A stretch of 64,000 nt of DNA. Source: Vulcanimicrobiota bacterium (GTDB lineage Bacteria; Vulcanimicrobiota; Xenobia; Xenobiales; JADMJV01). This document shows, piece after piece, positions 29,045-38,600 of this stretch. Location: NCBI GenBank assembly GCA_050250895.1, contig JBFWNU010000004.1, forward strand, positions 699,955-763,954, in the 5' to 3' direction. How positions within the stretch are numbered: the first letter of the stretch is position 1; every line of letters begins with the position of its first letter. A program made the position numbers and the translations under genes. The notes beneath the pieces are model-generated. The model was not told where the DNA came from, made no database searches, and worked only from the letters and a program-made list of their open reading frames with translations.

Positions 29045-29098
29045 GCTGCGAGTATAGGAGGGTCAGGTTGGCTCAACATTGTCTCGCCCGGCCAACTG

Positions 29099-29113
29099 TT
29101 AACGTCTTGTAAA
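29099..29113 (-). promoter_or_regulatory. Operator TTTAC-N5-GTTAA
   Basis: Sense strand TTTACAAGACGTTAA; -10 TATACT (29056-29051) 42 nt downstream. Confidence 0.65.
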
Positions 29114-29205
29114 AACTTCCCCGGGCGACTTTCCGACACATTTCCGCCAAGATTCGACAGTCCCGCGGCCTAGGCTAAAGCCACAAAGCCTGAAAGGAGG
29201 GTGCA

Positions 29206-31005
29206 ATGCACTCCCAATCCAAGACCAAGAAAATCGCCCTGGCGTGCGGGGCCTTCGGCCTTTCATGCCTGCTCTTCGGGTGCGGCGGCAGCGAGCTGGC
29301 TGACGCCGCCGCGGCGCTGGATACCGGTAGCGCCGCGAGCACCGAAACCATCGCCGCCCGGGCCCAACAGCCGCCGCCGTCAACGCGTTCCGGACCTGGG
29401 CCCGGACCTGGAGCCGGCCCCTTCGAAGCCCGTCAGATTGATGGAACGGGCAATCACAGCGGTGACCTGGGTTCGGCCGGCACTCAGTTGCTCCGCCGCG
29501 TGGCGGCGGCATACGCAGACGGAATCTCGACCCCGGCCGGAGGCGACCGGCCCAGCGCCCGCGCCGTCAGCAACGCCGTGGTGGCCCAGAGCGGAGAATT
29601 GGCCGACTCGGCCGGACGCACGGGTTTTGTCTGGGCGTGGGGCCAGTTCATCGACCACGATATGGACCTGACCCCGGAGGGCGGGGTCGAAGACTTTCCC
29701 ATCGCCATCCCCACCGGCGACCCCTACTTTGATCCGAGCGGCAGCGGCACGGTGGTGATGGGCCTGAGTCGCTCGATCTATGACGCCGCCACCGGGTTGG
29801 CGGCCGGCAACCCGCGCCAACAACTCAACCAGATCACCGCCTTCCTCGACGGTTCTCAAGTGTACGGCTCAGACGACGAGCGAGCGCTGGCTCTGCGTAC
29901 TCTCTCCGACGGAAAAATGGCCACCAGCAGCGGGGACCTGCCGCCTTTCAACACCGTGGGTCTGCCCAACGCTGCGGCCGGCGATCCCAGCACCTTCTTC
30001 CTGTGCGGAGACATTCGAGCCAACGAGAACGTGGTCTTGACCAGTTTGCATACGCTTTTTGTCAGAGAGCACAATCGCAAGGCTGCAGAGATCAAAGCGG
30101 CCAGTCCTGGCCTGAGTGACGAAGAGATCTATCAGCGGGCCAGAAAACATGTGGGCGCTCTCATCCAGGTCATCACCTATCAGGAGTTCCTTCCCGCCCT
30201 GCTGGGCGACCGAGCTCTGCCCGACTATCGCGGCTACCAGCCCAACGTCAATCCCCAGATTGCCAATACCTTCTCGGCCGCCGCCTATCGCCTGGGCCAT
30301 AGCCAGGTAGGAACCACCGTGCTGCGCCTGGGTAGCGACGGCAACCCCATCAGCCAGGGCAACCTGACCATCAAAGATGCCTTTTTTCAACCGCAACTAC
30401 TGGTCAACGAGGGGGGTATCGACCCCCTCCTGAAAGGGTTGGCTGCCACCACTCAACAGCCCACCGACGCCATGGTGGTCGACGACCTGCGCAACTTCCT
30501 CTTCGGCCCTCCCGGCTCGGGCGGACTGGACCTGGCCTCGCTCAACATGCAGCGTGGCCGAGACCACGGGCTGGGTGGCTACGCCCAGGTGCGCGCCGCC
30601 TACGGCCGGCCGCCCGCCCGCAACTTCGCAGACATCACCTCCAACGCCGGGTTGCAGGCCAAACTTGCCTCGGTCTACAGCCACGTCAACCAGGTCGATG
30701 CCTGGGTGGGACTGCTCTCTGAAGATCCGGTCCCTGGTGCGGCCGTGGGTCCGACCCTGCGCGCCATTCTGGTGGATCAATTCAGCCGCCTACGCGACGG
30801 TGACCGCTTCTTCTATCGCAACGACCCGGCCTTGCGCGACCAGGTCCAACAACTCGAGGCAACTCGTCTGACCGATGTGATTGCGCGCAACACCAACGTG
30901 CGCGGGCTCCAACCCAACGTCTTTCGCGGTGGACGGGCCCAAACCGGCCCGGCCCCGCGCCCCCGGGTCGACCGCCGGGGCGGTATACCGAGGATCTGCT
31001 TCTAA
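29206..31005 (+). CDS. Animal-type heme peroxidase (peroxidase-cyclooxygenase superfamily) lipoprotein
   Basis: Lipobox LFGC; WGQFIDHD, TAFLDGSQVYG, GDIRANE, AAYRLGHS, RGRDHG and RDGDRF motifs; SD AGGAGG. Confidence 0.95.
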   Translation: MHSQSKTKKIALACGAFGLSCLLFGCGGSELADAAAALDTGSAASTETIAARAQQPPPSTRSGPGPGPGAGPFEARQIDGTGNHSGDLGSAGTQLLRRVAAAYADGISTPAGGDRPSARAVSNAVVAQSGELADSAGRTGFVWAWGQFIDHDMDLTPEGGVEDFPIAIPTGDPYFDPSGSGTVVMGLSRSIYDAATGLAAGNPRQQLNQITAFLDGSQVYGSDDERALALRTLSDGKMATSSGDLPPFNTVGLPNAAAGDPSTFFLCGDIRANENVVLTSLHTLFVREHNRKAAEIKAASPGLSDEEIYQRARKHVGALIQVITYQEFLPALLGDRALPDYRGYQPNVNPQIANTFSAAAYRLGHSQVGTTVLRLGSDGNPISQGNLTIKDAFFQPQLLVNEGGIDPLLKGLAATTQQPTDAMVVDDLRNFLFGPPGSGGLDLASLNMQRGRDHGLGGYAQVRAAYGRPPARNFADITSNAGLQAKLASVYSHVNQVDAWVGLLSEDPVPGAAVGPTLRAILVDQFSRLRDGDRFFYRNDPALRDQVQQLEATRLTDVIARNTNVRGLQPNVFRGGRAQTGPAPRPRVDRRGGIPRICF

Positions 31006-31110
31006 AGACTGGGAGGGGCTGTTAGACCCGCCTGATGCGTAGCCGAGGTTTGGTCGCGCCTCAGGTGGGTTTAACGGCTTTTTCAGTCGCCCCGCCTAGA
31101 CTCGGCCTGT

Positions 31111-31950
31111 ATGGCACTGAGCGGCAGCCTGGCCAGGGCAGGCATCCTGGTGTACAAGCGCTACATTTCGGCCGAGTACAACTCCAAGCGGCACAGCCAT
31201 TGCATGTACTCTCAGTCGTGCTCGGCCTATGCCGGCCAGGCCTTCCAGGACCAGCCGGCCGGCCAGGCCCTGGCGTCCACTTTGGCCCGCCTGGTGGCCT
31301 GCACCGAGCCTGTCAGGGAGGCCGCCTCGCAAGAGTTCGAACGAGTGCTAAGCCAGAGCCCGCCTGAGGACCTCGAGCAGCACTTTCACTTCGAAGAGCC
31401 CGAAGCGCGAAAGCTGCTGCTTGAGATCAAGGCGGGGCAGCGCCAGTCGCTGGCGAAACTCGACGTCCACCTTCACAGCCACTTTGGCGAGACGGCACCT
31501 GAGCGCTTCGAGGTCGGGCTGGCCCACCAGCCTCACCCGCTGCCGCCCCCGCGGGGATTGGCCCGCATTCTCTCGCCGGTGGCGGGACTCTTGACTGGTC
31601 TGGCCGGAGGGCTGGCGGGCGGTGCGGCCGGAGTGGTCGCGGGAGCCTGGCTGGGGACTCGCACCGGCTTTCTGGCCGGCTCGGGTGGCCTCGATCGGTG
31701 GCACCAACGGGTGGCCGAAAGCTACGGTCGTGACACACTGCGAGGGGTAGAGGCAATAGAAAAGCCGGTCATAGCCCCCCTGGCCCGTATGGGCCGGCAC
31801 TGTCCGCCAGCCTTGCGCTGGGCGAGTGGGTGCCTGGGTGGTCTGACCGGCTTTGCGGCAGGCCTGGGCCTGGGCAGCGTCGGCGGCGCCATGGCCGGAT
31901 TCGAGATGGGACGCTGCTTAGGCCACGGATTGGTGCGAGAGCACCTTTAA
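31111..31950 (+). CDS. YidD (haemolytic-domain)-like protein fused to glycine-zipper segments
   Basis: YKRYIS...CMYSQSCSAYA...RLVAC matches the YidD Cys pattern; GxxxG-rich C-terminal half. Confidence 0.7.
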   Translation: MALSGSLARAGILVYKRYISAEYNSKRHSHCMYSQSCSAYAGQAFQDQPAGQALASTLARLVACTEPVREAASQEFERVLSQSPPEDLEQHFHFEEPEARKLLLEIKAGQRQSLAKLDVHLHSHFGETAPERFEVGLAHQPHPLPPPRGLARILSPVAGLLTGLAGGLAGGAAGVVAGAWLGTRTGFLAGSGGLDRWHQRVAESYGRDTLRGVEAIEKPVIAPLARMGRHCPPALRWASGCLGGLTGFAAGLGLGSVGGAMAGFEMGRCLGHGLVREHL

Positions 31951-31961
31951 CGCTAAGCCCT

Positions 31962-32333
31962 TTAAGCCATTCCTCCGGCAATCGCTCCGAAGACACCGCC
32001 GGCTACAGCCCCGGTGACCCCGCCAGTGATAGCCCCGGCCAGAGGGCCGATAACGGCTCCGGCCACACCACCGATCAGGACATCGGCGATCTTGTTGCCG
32101 GTCAGCTCGTGGCGAGAACCCCACAGCAAGCCGCCGACGAGGCCGACGGGTTCACCAATGACGCCGCCGATCTGAGCGCCGATCAAGCCGAAAGTGGCTG
32201 CCCCGGCGCAGCAGCCGGCCAGAGCGCCATCTCCGCTGGTCAGGGTCACCCGGTCCTGCCCGGCCATTTGAGGCGCCGCTGGACGCGAATTGGGACGAGC
32301 GTAGTTAGGTTGAGAGAAGCTTCCGATTTTCAA
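31962..32333 (-). CDS. Glycine-zipper membrane protein
   Basis: TTG 32333 with GGAG SD (MKIGSFSQ...); extended GxxxG repeats. Confidence 0.7.
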   Translation of the reverse strand: MKIGSFSQPNYARPNSRPAAPQMAGQDRVTLTSGDGALAGCCAGAATFGLIGAQIGGVIGEPVGLVGGLLWGSRHELTGNKIADVLIGGVAGAVIGPLAGAITGGVTGAVAGGVFGAIAGGMA

Positions 32334-32420
32334 GGTATTGGCTCCGTTTCTGTCTGTATTTGGAGAGAGGCCAGTTGGGCTTCTTGGGTTGGACACTAGC
32401 CGGCTGGTGTAGCCCGCATT

Positions 32421-32435
32421 TTAACCGGATGTAAA
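32421..32435 (-). promoter_or_regulatory. Operator TTTAC-N5-GTTAA
   Basis: Plus strand TTAACCGGATGTAAA, nearly identical to 60478-60492; lies between divergent genes. Confidence 0.6.
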
Positions 32436-32483
32436 ATGCTCGATGTTGAGAGCCTGTTGATGCCGCCCTGGTATTTTCGGACC

Positions 32484-33134
32484 ATGGGCGTAAACCGAAA
32501 TAGCAGTTTTGACCAGGCATTACTGGAGGGCTTTCCCGATGTTCGATTGGCGATGGAATTAGCGCAAGCTATGCGTGACAGACAGGAGGGCCATGAAGTC
32601 GTCGCCTGTCCCAACTGCGGCGGCCGCGCGTTTCTCGAGCAATTGGATGTGGTTCTTCCCGACACCAGGCGCCTTCACCGCGCCCAGATCACCTGTCAGG
32701 GCAAGCCAGACTGCCCTACCAGAATTTTGGACTATCCAGAAGGACTATCCATTTGGAACGCAGACGCTTTGACTATTCGCGACTTAGCCACTACAATGGG
32801 CGGTGGGGGTCGGATCCCCCATGTAAAGGTAATGAATATGCCCGAAAAACTTCCTCTGTGCGCGTGCGGGTGCGGCAAGCGAGTGAAATCAGAAGGCCGC
32901 CGCCTGGCATCGCGTCAATGCATTGGACGCTATAACGCCAACGTCAAAAGAAATGGAGCCAGAGCCGCTCGTAGCGCGTCGACCATCCACACGGTCGTCT
33001 CAGACACGCCCAGGACGCCCGTGCTGCTAGAACAGCTCATTTCGCTGGTAAGACTGGTTCCGCGCTCGTCTCGCCAAGAATTCTGCTCGCAAGTGGTCTC
33101 TCTGGTCAACGCCGAAGAGGATCTCGGCGGCTAA
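32484..33134 (+). CDS. Hypothetical zinc-finger protein (CPNCG...C..C; CACGCG...C)
   Basis: Cys clusters; ATG 32484 is 6 nt after TATTTT; more AT-ending codons than neighbouring genes. Confidence 0.65.
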   Translation: MGVNRNSSFDQALLEGFPDVRLAMELAQAMRDRQEGHEVVACPNCGGRAFLEQLDVVLPDTRRLHRAQITCQGKPDCPTRILDYPEGLSIWNADALTIRDLATTMGGGGRIPHVKVMNMPEKLPLCACGCGKRVKSEGRRLASRQCIGRYNANVKRNGARAARSASTIHTVVSDTPRTPVLLEQLISLVRLVPRSSRQEFCSQVVSLVNAEEDLGG

Positions 33135-33135
33135 C

Positions 33136-33474
33136 CTAGACAGTAACCACTTTGGGAGCGCGGCCGATGAGGCTGACGATATCGTCCAGCGAGACCACCT
33201 GACCTACGTTTACGCTGTCCTTGAGATTGTAGTTCTCGAGACAGGATGCACTGCTGAGGATCTTCGCGCCCCCGGCTTCCAGAGTGCGCAGGGCCGGCAG
33301 CAACGGAGAGCCCTCCACCACCAGGCGGACCCCCTCGGTGTAGCAGCACACGGCTGCCGGCTTGGCCCCTGACTTGTCGAGGCCGAGCAGAAAGCGTTCC
33401 ATCAGCCCAACCCCGTAGGGGGCGTCCTGCGGACCGACGGTTCCAAGAAAAGGCTTAGTCAATAGAATCACCAT
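33136..33474 (-). CDS. DsrE/YedF-like sulfur-relay family protein
   Basis: GLMERFL, YTEGVRL, SCLENYNL...VG pattern. Confidence 0.8.
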   Translation of the reverse strand: MVILLTKPFLGTVGPQDAPYGVGLMERFLLGLDKSGAKPAAVCCYTEGVRLVVEGSPLLPALRTLEAGGAKILSSASCLENYNLKDSVNVGQVVSLDDIVSLIGRAPKVVTV

Positions 33475-33500
33475 ATCGGTGCGTTCTTCGAAGCCGGGGG

Positions 33501-35759
33501 TTATTCCGCCTTCGGGGAGGCGTTTTCTTTCGGAGACGAAGCCGGCGTCGGCGAGGGCGTCTCGGGGGCCGGCGTCTCCGCCGGGGCTGCTGCTGGCGGG
33601 GTGCGCAGGCGCACCCAGGCATTGTTGTTAGGCACCACGCACTTGCGGGAGTGGTCGCGCCCGAGTTGGTCCCAGCGGGCCTTGAGCCAACGGAACTTCT
33701 CTGGCGTGAGCTGGGACATGGAACCGCCCGCGAAGAGGGCGTTACTGTAAAGCTGGCATTCGGCCTCGAGCAGATCGACGGGTTCGTCCCAATCGGCACC
33801 GTCAGGACCCGACTCGACCAGGGGCTCGGCCCGACCCATCCAGAACCCGCCCTTGGTTTGGACCAGAGCCCATTGCTCGTTGGCCGACAGCGAGACCTCG
33901 ACAATGTCGTCGGGATGGGTGACGACCGGTGTAGTGGGGGTCCCCGACTCGGTGTTCCACTCGCGGGCTCGTCCGCTGCCGTCGACCACTACCACGTTGT
34001 TGCCGGCTCCAAAGCCGGTGCCAGTGGCCGGAGCGTTGAGCGGCTTCATGAAGGGAGCGCCCACCTCCCAAAGAACGGCCTTGTTGGCATCACTGGTAAT
34101 CAGCTTGTCCCCGTTGGGCGAGAACCGGATCAGCTTGAACTCGCTGCTACCGCCAGGAACGATGCGCAAGGTCTTGCCATCAAAGTCGGACACGATGACA
34201 TCGTTCTTGAGCGAGGCCACGGTGCGCTGACTGAGGGCCACCACCTTGCCTTTCACGGCCACCTGCTGAACCGGCTTGCCGGTCCCGGCATCCCAGACCG
34301 TCACGGCGTTGGCGCTCGCCGTGACCACGGTTTTGCCGTCACTCGAATAAGCCACAAAATCGGCCGGCTTTTTGAGCTTGAAGGTGACGCCCTTTTCTTT
34401 CTTCTCGAGGTCCCACAGCTGGGTAGCGAGGGGACCCGACGTCAAGAGAAACTTCTCGTCCGGCGAAAAGGCCGCCGCTGTGACCTCGCCCCCGCTGGCG
34501 ATGAAAGGCAATTCACTGTGGTCTTTGAAAAGGCTTGGCTTCTTTCCACCAATCAGGGCATAGGTCCCTTTGGACGAGAGCAACCCGAAGTCACCCTCGT
34601 TGGCGCGGGCCAATTCGCGATAGAAGACCAGGCTCGGCTTTTCGTTCATGATCTTGGCGATGGCGTCGCGATACTTGCGCTCATCGGGAACCAGCTGGGC
34701 GGCTTGCAGATAAAAGAGAACAGCGGTCTGCCCCTCGGCCTGTTGGCCCGACTCGAAGTATTGCTCGGCCTGACGGCGATTGGCCTGCTTGAGACTGATG
34801 AGCACGCCCGCTCCGATCATGCCGATCACCAGAACGCCGAACAAAGTGGCTGCTCGCGCTTTGCTGGCAATCACCCACTCGAGAATCCGCTGGCCGAGAG
34901 GCTTGGGAGCGTTCGGGTCCTTCTTTTCGGGGATACCGTGAATGACCCGCTCGAGCCAGACCAGGATCGCCGGAATGTCCTGAGGACGCTTCTCGGGATC
35001 GAGATCGAGACAATTCTCGATCAGGTCGGCAAACTTGATCGGGACCTTCGGGTTGTGCTTTACCAGCGGCTGTAAAGTCGTTTCTGGCAACAGCTCGGCA
35101 TACTTGGCCCAGAGGTCGGCCGGGCGCTTGAACTTGGCCAGGGCCTGGTTGGCGGCATCGGTGCTGCGCGGCGGGGTGCCGGTAAGAATATGGTAAAACA
35201 CCGCGCCCAGGGCGTAGATGTCCCAGGAAGGGTTGGGCTTGGCTCCGGCGGCGGCCATTTCGGGGGCCACATACCAGACTTCTTCTGGGGTGGTGCGATA
35301 GAACTCCATCACCGGCACCTGGCCCAGGTCGGCCACCCGGATCTCGTCTTTTTCGGCCAGCAAGATGTTGGTGGGTTTGAGGTGACCGTGAACCCAGCCC
35401 TTCTTATGGGCGGCAGCCAGTGCCTTGCAGGTGTCCTCGAACCAACGGATCCCCTTCATCGGATCGTTGTAGGCCTGTCCGGCTCGGCTGTGGACCGAAG
35501 CCTTCATCAGAGGCGAGATGACGTAGAGATCCTCGTCGACTTCAAGGTCCTCTTGTGAGAGCAGGTTCACGCAGAGAATCTGGAGTCGTTCTTCGCGATC
35601 TTGAAGACAACCCGGATGAATGGCGCGACGACGCGAGAGCATCTTGATCGCCACCTCTCGGCCACTTTCAGTGTGAACACCCTTCCACACTTCGCCAAAG
35701 CTGCCCGACCCGAGATAGTCTTTTCTCTCGTAGCCTTTTAGCGGCTTCTCTCGCGCCAT
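33501..35759 (-). CDS. Hanks-type kinase-like domain + TM + WD40 propeller (probable pseudokinase)
   Basis: LGSGSFGEVW, VAIK, HGHLKPTN, DLG, YVAPE and DIYALG; FSPDEK, YSSDGK and FSPNGD WD40 repeats. Confidence 0.85.
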   Translation of the reverse strand: MAREKPLKGYERKDYLGSGSFGEVWKGVHTESGREVAIKMLSRRRAIHPGCLQDREERLQILCVNLLSQEDLEVDEDLYVISPLMKASVHSRAGQAYNDPMKGIRWFEDTCKALAAAHKKGWVHGHLKPTNILLAEKDEIRVADLGQVPVMEFYRTTPEEVWYVAPEMAAAGAKPNPSWDIYALGAVFYHILTGTPPRSTDAANQALAKFKRPADLWAKYAELLPETTLQPLVKHNPKVPIKFADLIENCLDLDPEKRPQDIPAILVWLERVIHGIPEKKDPNAPKPLGQRILEWVIASKARAATLFGVLVIGMIGAGVLISLKQANRRQAEQYFESGQQAEGQTAVLFYLQAAQLVPDERKYRDAIAKIMNEKPSLVFYRELARANEGDFGLLSSKGTYALIGGKKPSLFKDHSELPFIASGGEVTAAAFSPDEKFLLTSGPLATQLWDLEKKEKGVTFKLKKPADFVAYSSDGKTVVTASANAVTVWDAGTGKPVQQVAVKGKVVALSQRTVASLKNDVIVSDFDGKTLRIVPGGSSEFKLIRFSPNGDKLITSDANKAVLWEVGAPFMKPLNAPATGTGFGAGNNVVVVDGSGRAREWNTESGTPTTPVVTHPDDIVEVSLSANEQWALVQTKGGFWMGRAEPLVESGPDGADWDEPVDLLEAECQLYSNALFAGGSMSQLTPEKFRWLKARWDQLGRDHSRKCVVPNNNAWVRLRTPPAAAPAETPAPETPSPTPASSPKENASPKAE

Positions 35760-35780
35760 TCGACCCAACCTCCGAACCGA

Positions 35781-35786
35781 ATTATA
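35781..35786 (-). promoter_or_regulatory. Consensus -10 box TATAAT of the kinase gene
   Basis: TATAAT followed by a GGAGG SD and ATG 35759. Confidence 0.5.
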
Positions 35787-35839
35787 CCCAGCCGCCCGAC
35801 TTCTGGGTCAATTTCGGGAAGTTAGATCTTCAATTTCTT

Positions 35840-38485
35840 TCAAGGCCTTCCTCCATCCGCGCCCTTCCGCTGGCGAGACTGTAGCCGCCGCACTCTCAGG
35901 CGCATTCGTAGCAAGCGGGCCAGGGCGGGAAGGAAGACCAGTGATACGATGAAGTTGGCGGCCACCCCCACCGAAATAACGAAGCCGAGCGAGTTCAAGC
36001 CGCGGTGCTGGGCGGTCATCAAACTGGCGAAACCCACCATCGTAGTCAGGCCACTGAGCATGATGGCCGGCCCGGTGGAACTGGTCAAAATCGACTCGTG
36101 TCCCAACTCCTCCATCCGTCGTAACGAATGGACTCCATACACGACCCCAATCCCCACACTGATGGGTAGGGCAACGAAGTTGACCACATTGAAGTTGATG
36201 TGGCAATAACCCATCGCGCCCACGATGCAGATGACCCCGACGGCGGTGGGCAACAGGGTGAGCAGAAGCTCCTCCAGGCCCCGCAGATAGAATCCCATCA
36301 CCAGGAGCACCCCGGCCAGGGTGAACCAGATGGTCAACCGATGGGCGCGCCCCATGGCTTGAAGGATGTGGTCCTGGACCACGGGATGGCCGATCAGATC
36401 CGGGTCGACCGTGGTCACGTCGGCCAGAAACCGCTGCAGAGCGTCACGCTCCCAGATATTCTCGTTAGGCACTACGCTCAACTGAACCTGACCGTCGGTG
36501 CTCACGAAACGCACCCGCAGAGGCTCGGGCAAGTCATCGAAGCTGGGCGGCTCGGCCTGTTGCATCTTCAAGAATGCCACCAATCGGGTCAGGTCTTCGT
36601 GAAGGGCGTCTTGAAAGGCTCCCAGACCGTCTTCGATGGGCCCGGGGTCCATGTTCTTGACCTGGGCCTCGAGCCGAGCCACGCGGCCGTCGAGTCCACC
36701 TTGCGAACCAAGCGTGTATTGGCTTCGCAGTCCCTCCACCCGGCGCTGCAGCGCCAGCAATTCGTCGACCCCGTTGACCGGCATCTTGGCCGGCACCGAC
36801 AATTTGTCGACTTCGCCCAGGATCCGTTTCACCAGGGGCTTCTTGCGCTCGACATCGGGCGGAATCAAGGCTACCACCGAAGTAACCCGGGCGACGGTGG
36901 GTAGGGCCTCGAAGGCTTTCTGGCGTCGGCGCGCCTCTTCCAGATTGGGAGCCAGCGAGGTGGCCGAGAGAACGCCCGACTTCAGCTCGCGCACGATCTC
37001 GATTTCGGTCCGGACCGATTCTAGCTCCTGGGCTTGAACCTTGAGCAGATTGTAGTCAAAGTGCACCTGGGAGCCCCAGACCAGTCCCAGCAAACAGATG
37101 GCGATGCCAGCGCCGACCACGCGTCGGGGATGGAGCAGGAGGTGCTTTTCGAAGTCGGGTAGGGGGCTTGCCTCGCCGGCCAGCGTGCGACCTTCACCAC
37201 CCAGGCGAAAGAGCGCGGGCAAGACCGTCACCGTCGAGAGGTAGCAGAGCAGAACGCCCCCGGCTGCGATCACTCCCAGGTCAGCAATGCCCCGAAAGCC
37301 GGTGAAGGTTAAAGCCACGAAAGCGGCAGCCGTAGCCAGAGCGCCCACCAGGGTGTCCATGCCGGTGCCCCCCATCGTTCGAGCCAGAGCGACATCTGGC
37401 TCGCAGCCGGCTCGCAGCTCTTCGGAATAACGAAAACAGATGTGGATACCGAAGTCGATGCCCAGCCCCATCAGCATCGTCACCATGCTGACGGTGATGA
37501 AGTTGAGGTGGCCCACCGCCAGGGTGGTGTAGCCAAGGGTCCAGCCCAGGCCACAAGATAGGGCGGCCACCGCCATGACCGGTCGCCGAGGTTCGCCAAA
37601 GCCCCAGATGAAGAGGCCGGCAATGAGCAATAGACTGACGATGCCAGACCGAACGCTGTCTCGGGTGCAGGTTTTGCGCTCGTCGTTGAGCATGACCGGC
37701 AGCCCTGTCAGCCGCACCCGCAGCCCGTAAGCGCTGGGAGACAGGTCGGCCAGAATCGCCCGCAAACGAGCCACCGTCTCGGCCTGCCCTGCCAGCACCT
37801 CGCCGCGGCCTCCGGATTTGAGCGCGACCGCGTGGATACGGCCGTCGCCCAGGGTGAAGTAGACCTCGGTCTGACCGTTGATCAGCTTGCGCAGATAGTC
37901 CTGGGTGCGGGGGTCGTGGCTCTCGTCGAGCATTTCCCACAGAGGCGTGTGTTGGTAGCGGCCCCGGTTCGAGAGACTGGTCTCGAGCTCCCTCAGCAGT
38001 TGTTTGAGGATCCTCTGCCCACTGGGCCCCAGGTGGGTATCCGAACCGTCATTGTAACGCTCTAACTCGACGGCCAGATGCTTGAGTTCATCGACCTCGA
38101 GATAGTAGAGGGCTTTGCGGCCCACCGTGGCCAGGTCGAGCTTGTAGTAGATGCTGTGGAAGAGGGCCGGCTCTTTTTGTAGCTTGGAAACCAACTCTTC
38201 GACGTAGGCTTGCCGCTGCTTGGCTGTACCCTGGTCGACGAGCACGGCGATATCGCCCGGATAAGGAAAGGTCGCCCGGTGACGTTCCACTCTGTGCACC
38301 ACGGGATCATCGTCCTGGAAGAGATACGTCCAGTCCATGCGCAAATCCAAGCCGACCCAGGCGAGAGCGACCGACCAGGCACACAACAAAGCGGCCACGC
38401 CCAGGGTCAGCAGCGGCCTTTGATAGCACCCCAGCGAGAGGTCTACCAAAGCCCGCCGAACGGTGTCTTGGGGAGTGAGTTTCAT
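35840..38485 (-). CDS. MMPL/RND family transporter (HpnN-like)
   Basis: Two-fold repeated TM architecture with GLGIDFGIH, GIGVVYGVH and SGLTTMVGF. Confidence 0.88.
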   Translation of the reverse strand: MKLTPQDTVRRALVDLSLGCYQRPLLTLGVAALLCAWSVALAWVGLDLRMDWTYLFQDDDPVVHRVERHRATFPYPGDIAVLVDQGTAKQRQAYVEELVSKLQKEPALFHSIYYKLDLATVGRKALYYLEVDELKHLAVELERYNDGSDTHLGPSGQRILKQLLRELETSLSNRGRYQHTPLWEMLDESHDPRTQDYLRKLINGQTEVYFTLGDGRIHAVALKSGGRGEVLAGQAETVARLRAILADLSPSAYGLRVRLTGLPVMLNDERKTCTRDSVRSGIVSLLLIAGLFIWGFGEPRRPVMAVAALSCGLGWTLGYTTLAVGHLNFITVSMVTMLMGLGIDFGIHICFRYSEELRAGCEPDVALARTMGGTGMDTLVGALATAAAFVALTFTGFRGIADLGVIAAGGVLLCYLSTVTVLPALFRLGGEGRTLAGEASPLPDFEKHLLLHPRRVVGAGIAICLLGLVWGSQVHFDYNLLKVQAQELESVRTEIEIVRELKSGVLSATSLAPNLEEARRRQKAFEALPTVARVTSVVALIPPDVERKKPLVKRILGEVDKLSVPAKMPVNGVDELLALQRRVEGLRSQYTLGSQGGLDGRVARLEAQVKNMDPGPIEDGLGAFQDALHEDLTRLVAFLKMQQAEPPSFDDLPEPLRVRFVSTDGQVQLSVVPNENIWERDALQRFLADVTTVDPDLIGHPVVQDHILQAMGRAHRLTIWFTLAGVLLVMGFYLRGLEELLLTLLPTAVGVICIVGAMGYCHINFNVVNFVALPISVGIGVVYGVHSLRRMEELGHESILTSSTGPAIMLSGLTTMVGFASLMTAQHRGLNSLGFVISVGVAANFIVSLVFLPALARLLRMRLRVRRLQSRQRKGADGGRP

Positions 38486-38600
38486 TGACTTGAGGCCATG
38501 CTCACGCAACGGAGCCGACCTTTCTTGAACAATATGTCAACGCTTGGAGTTTCGCTCGTCAAACGGCAAGAATCCGGGCGCTCGTGCTGAAGAGACAGCC

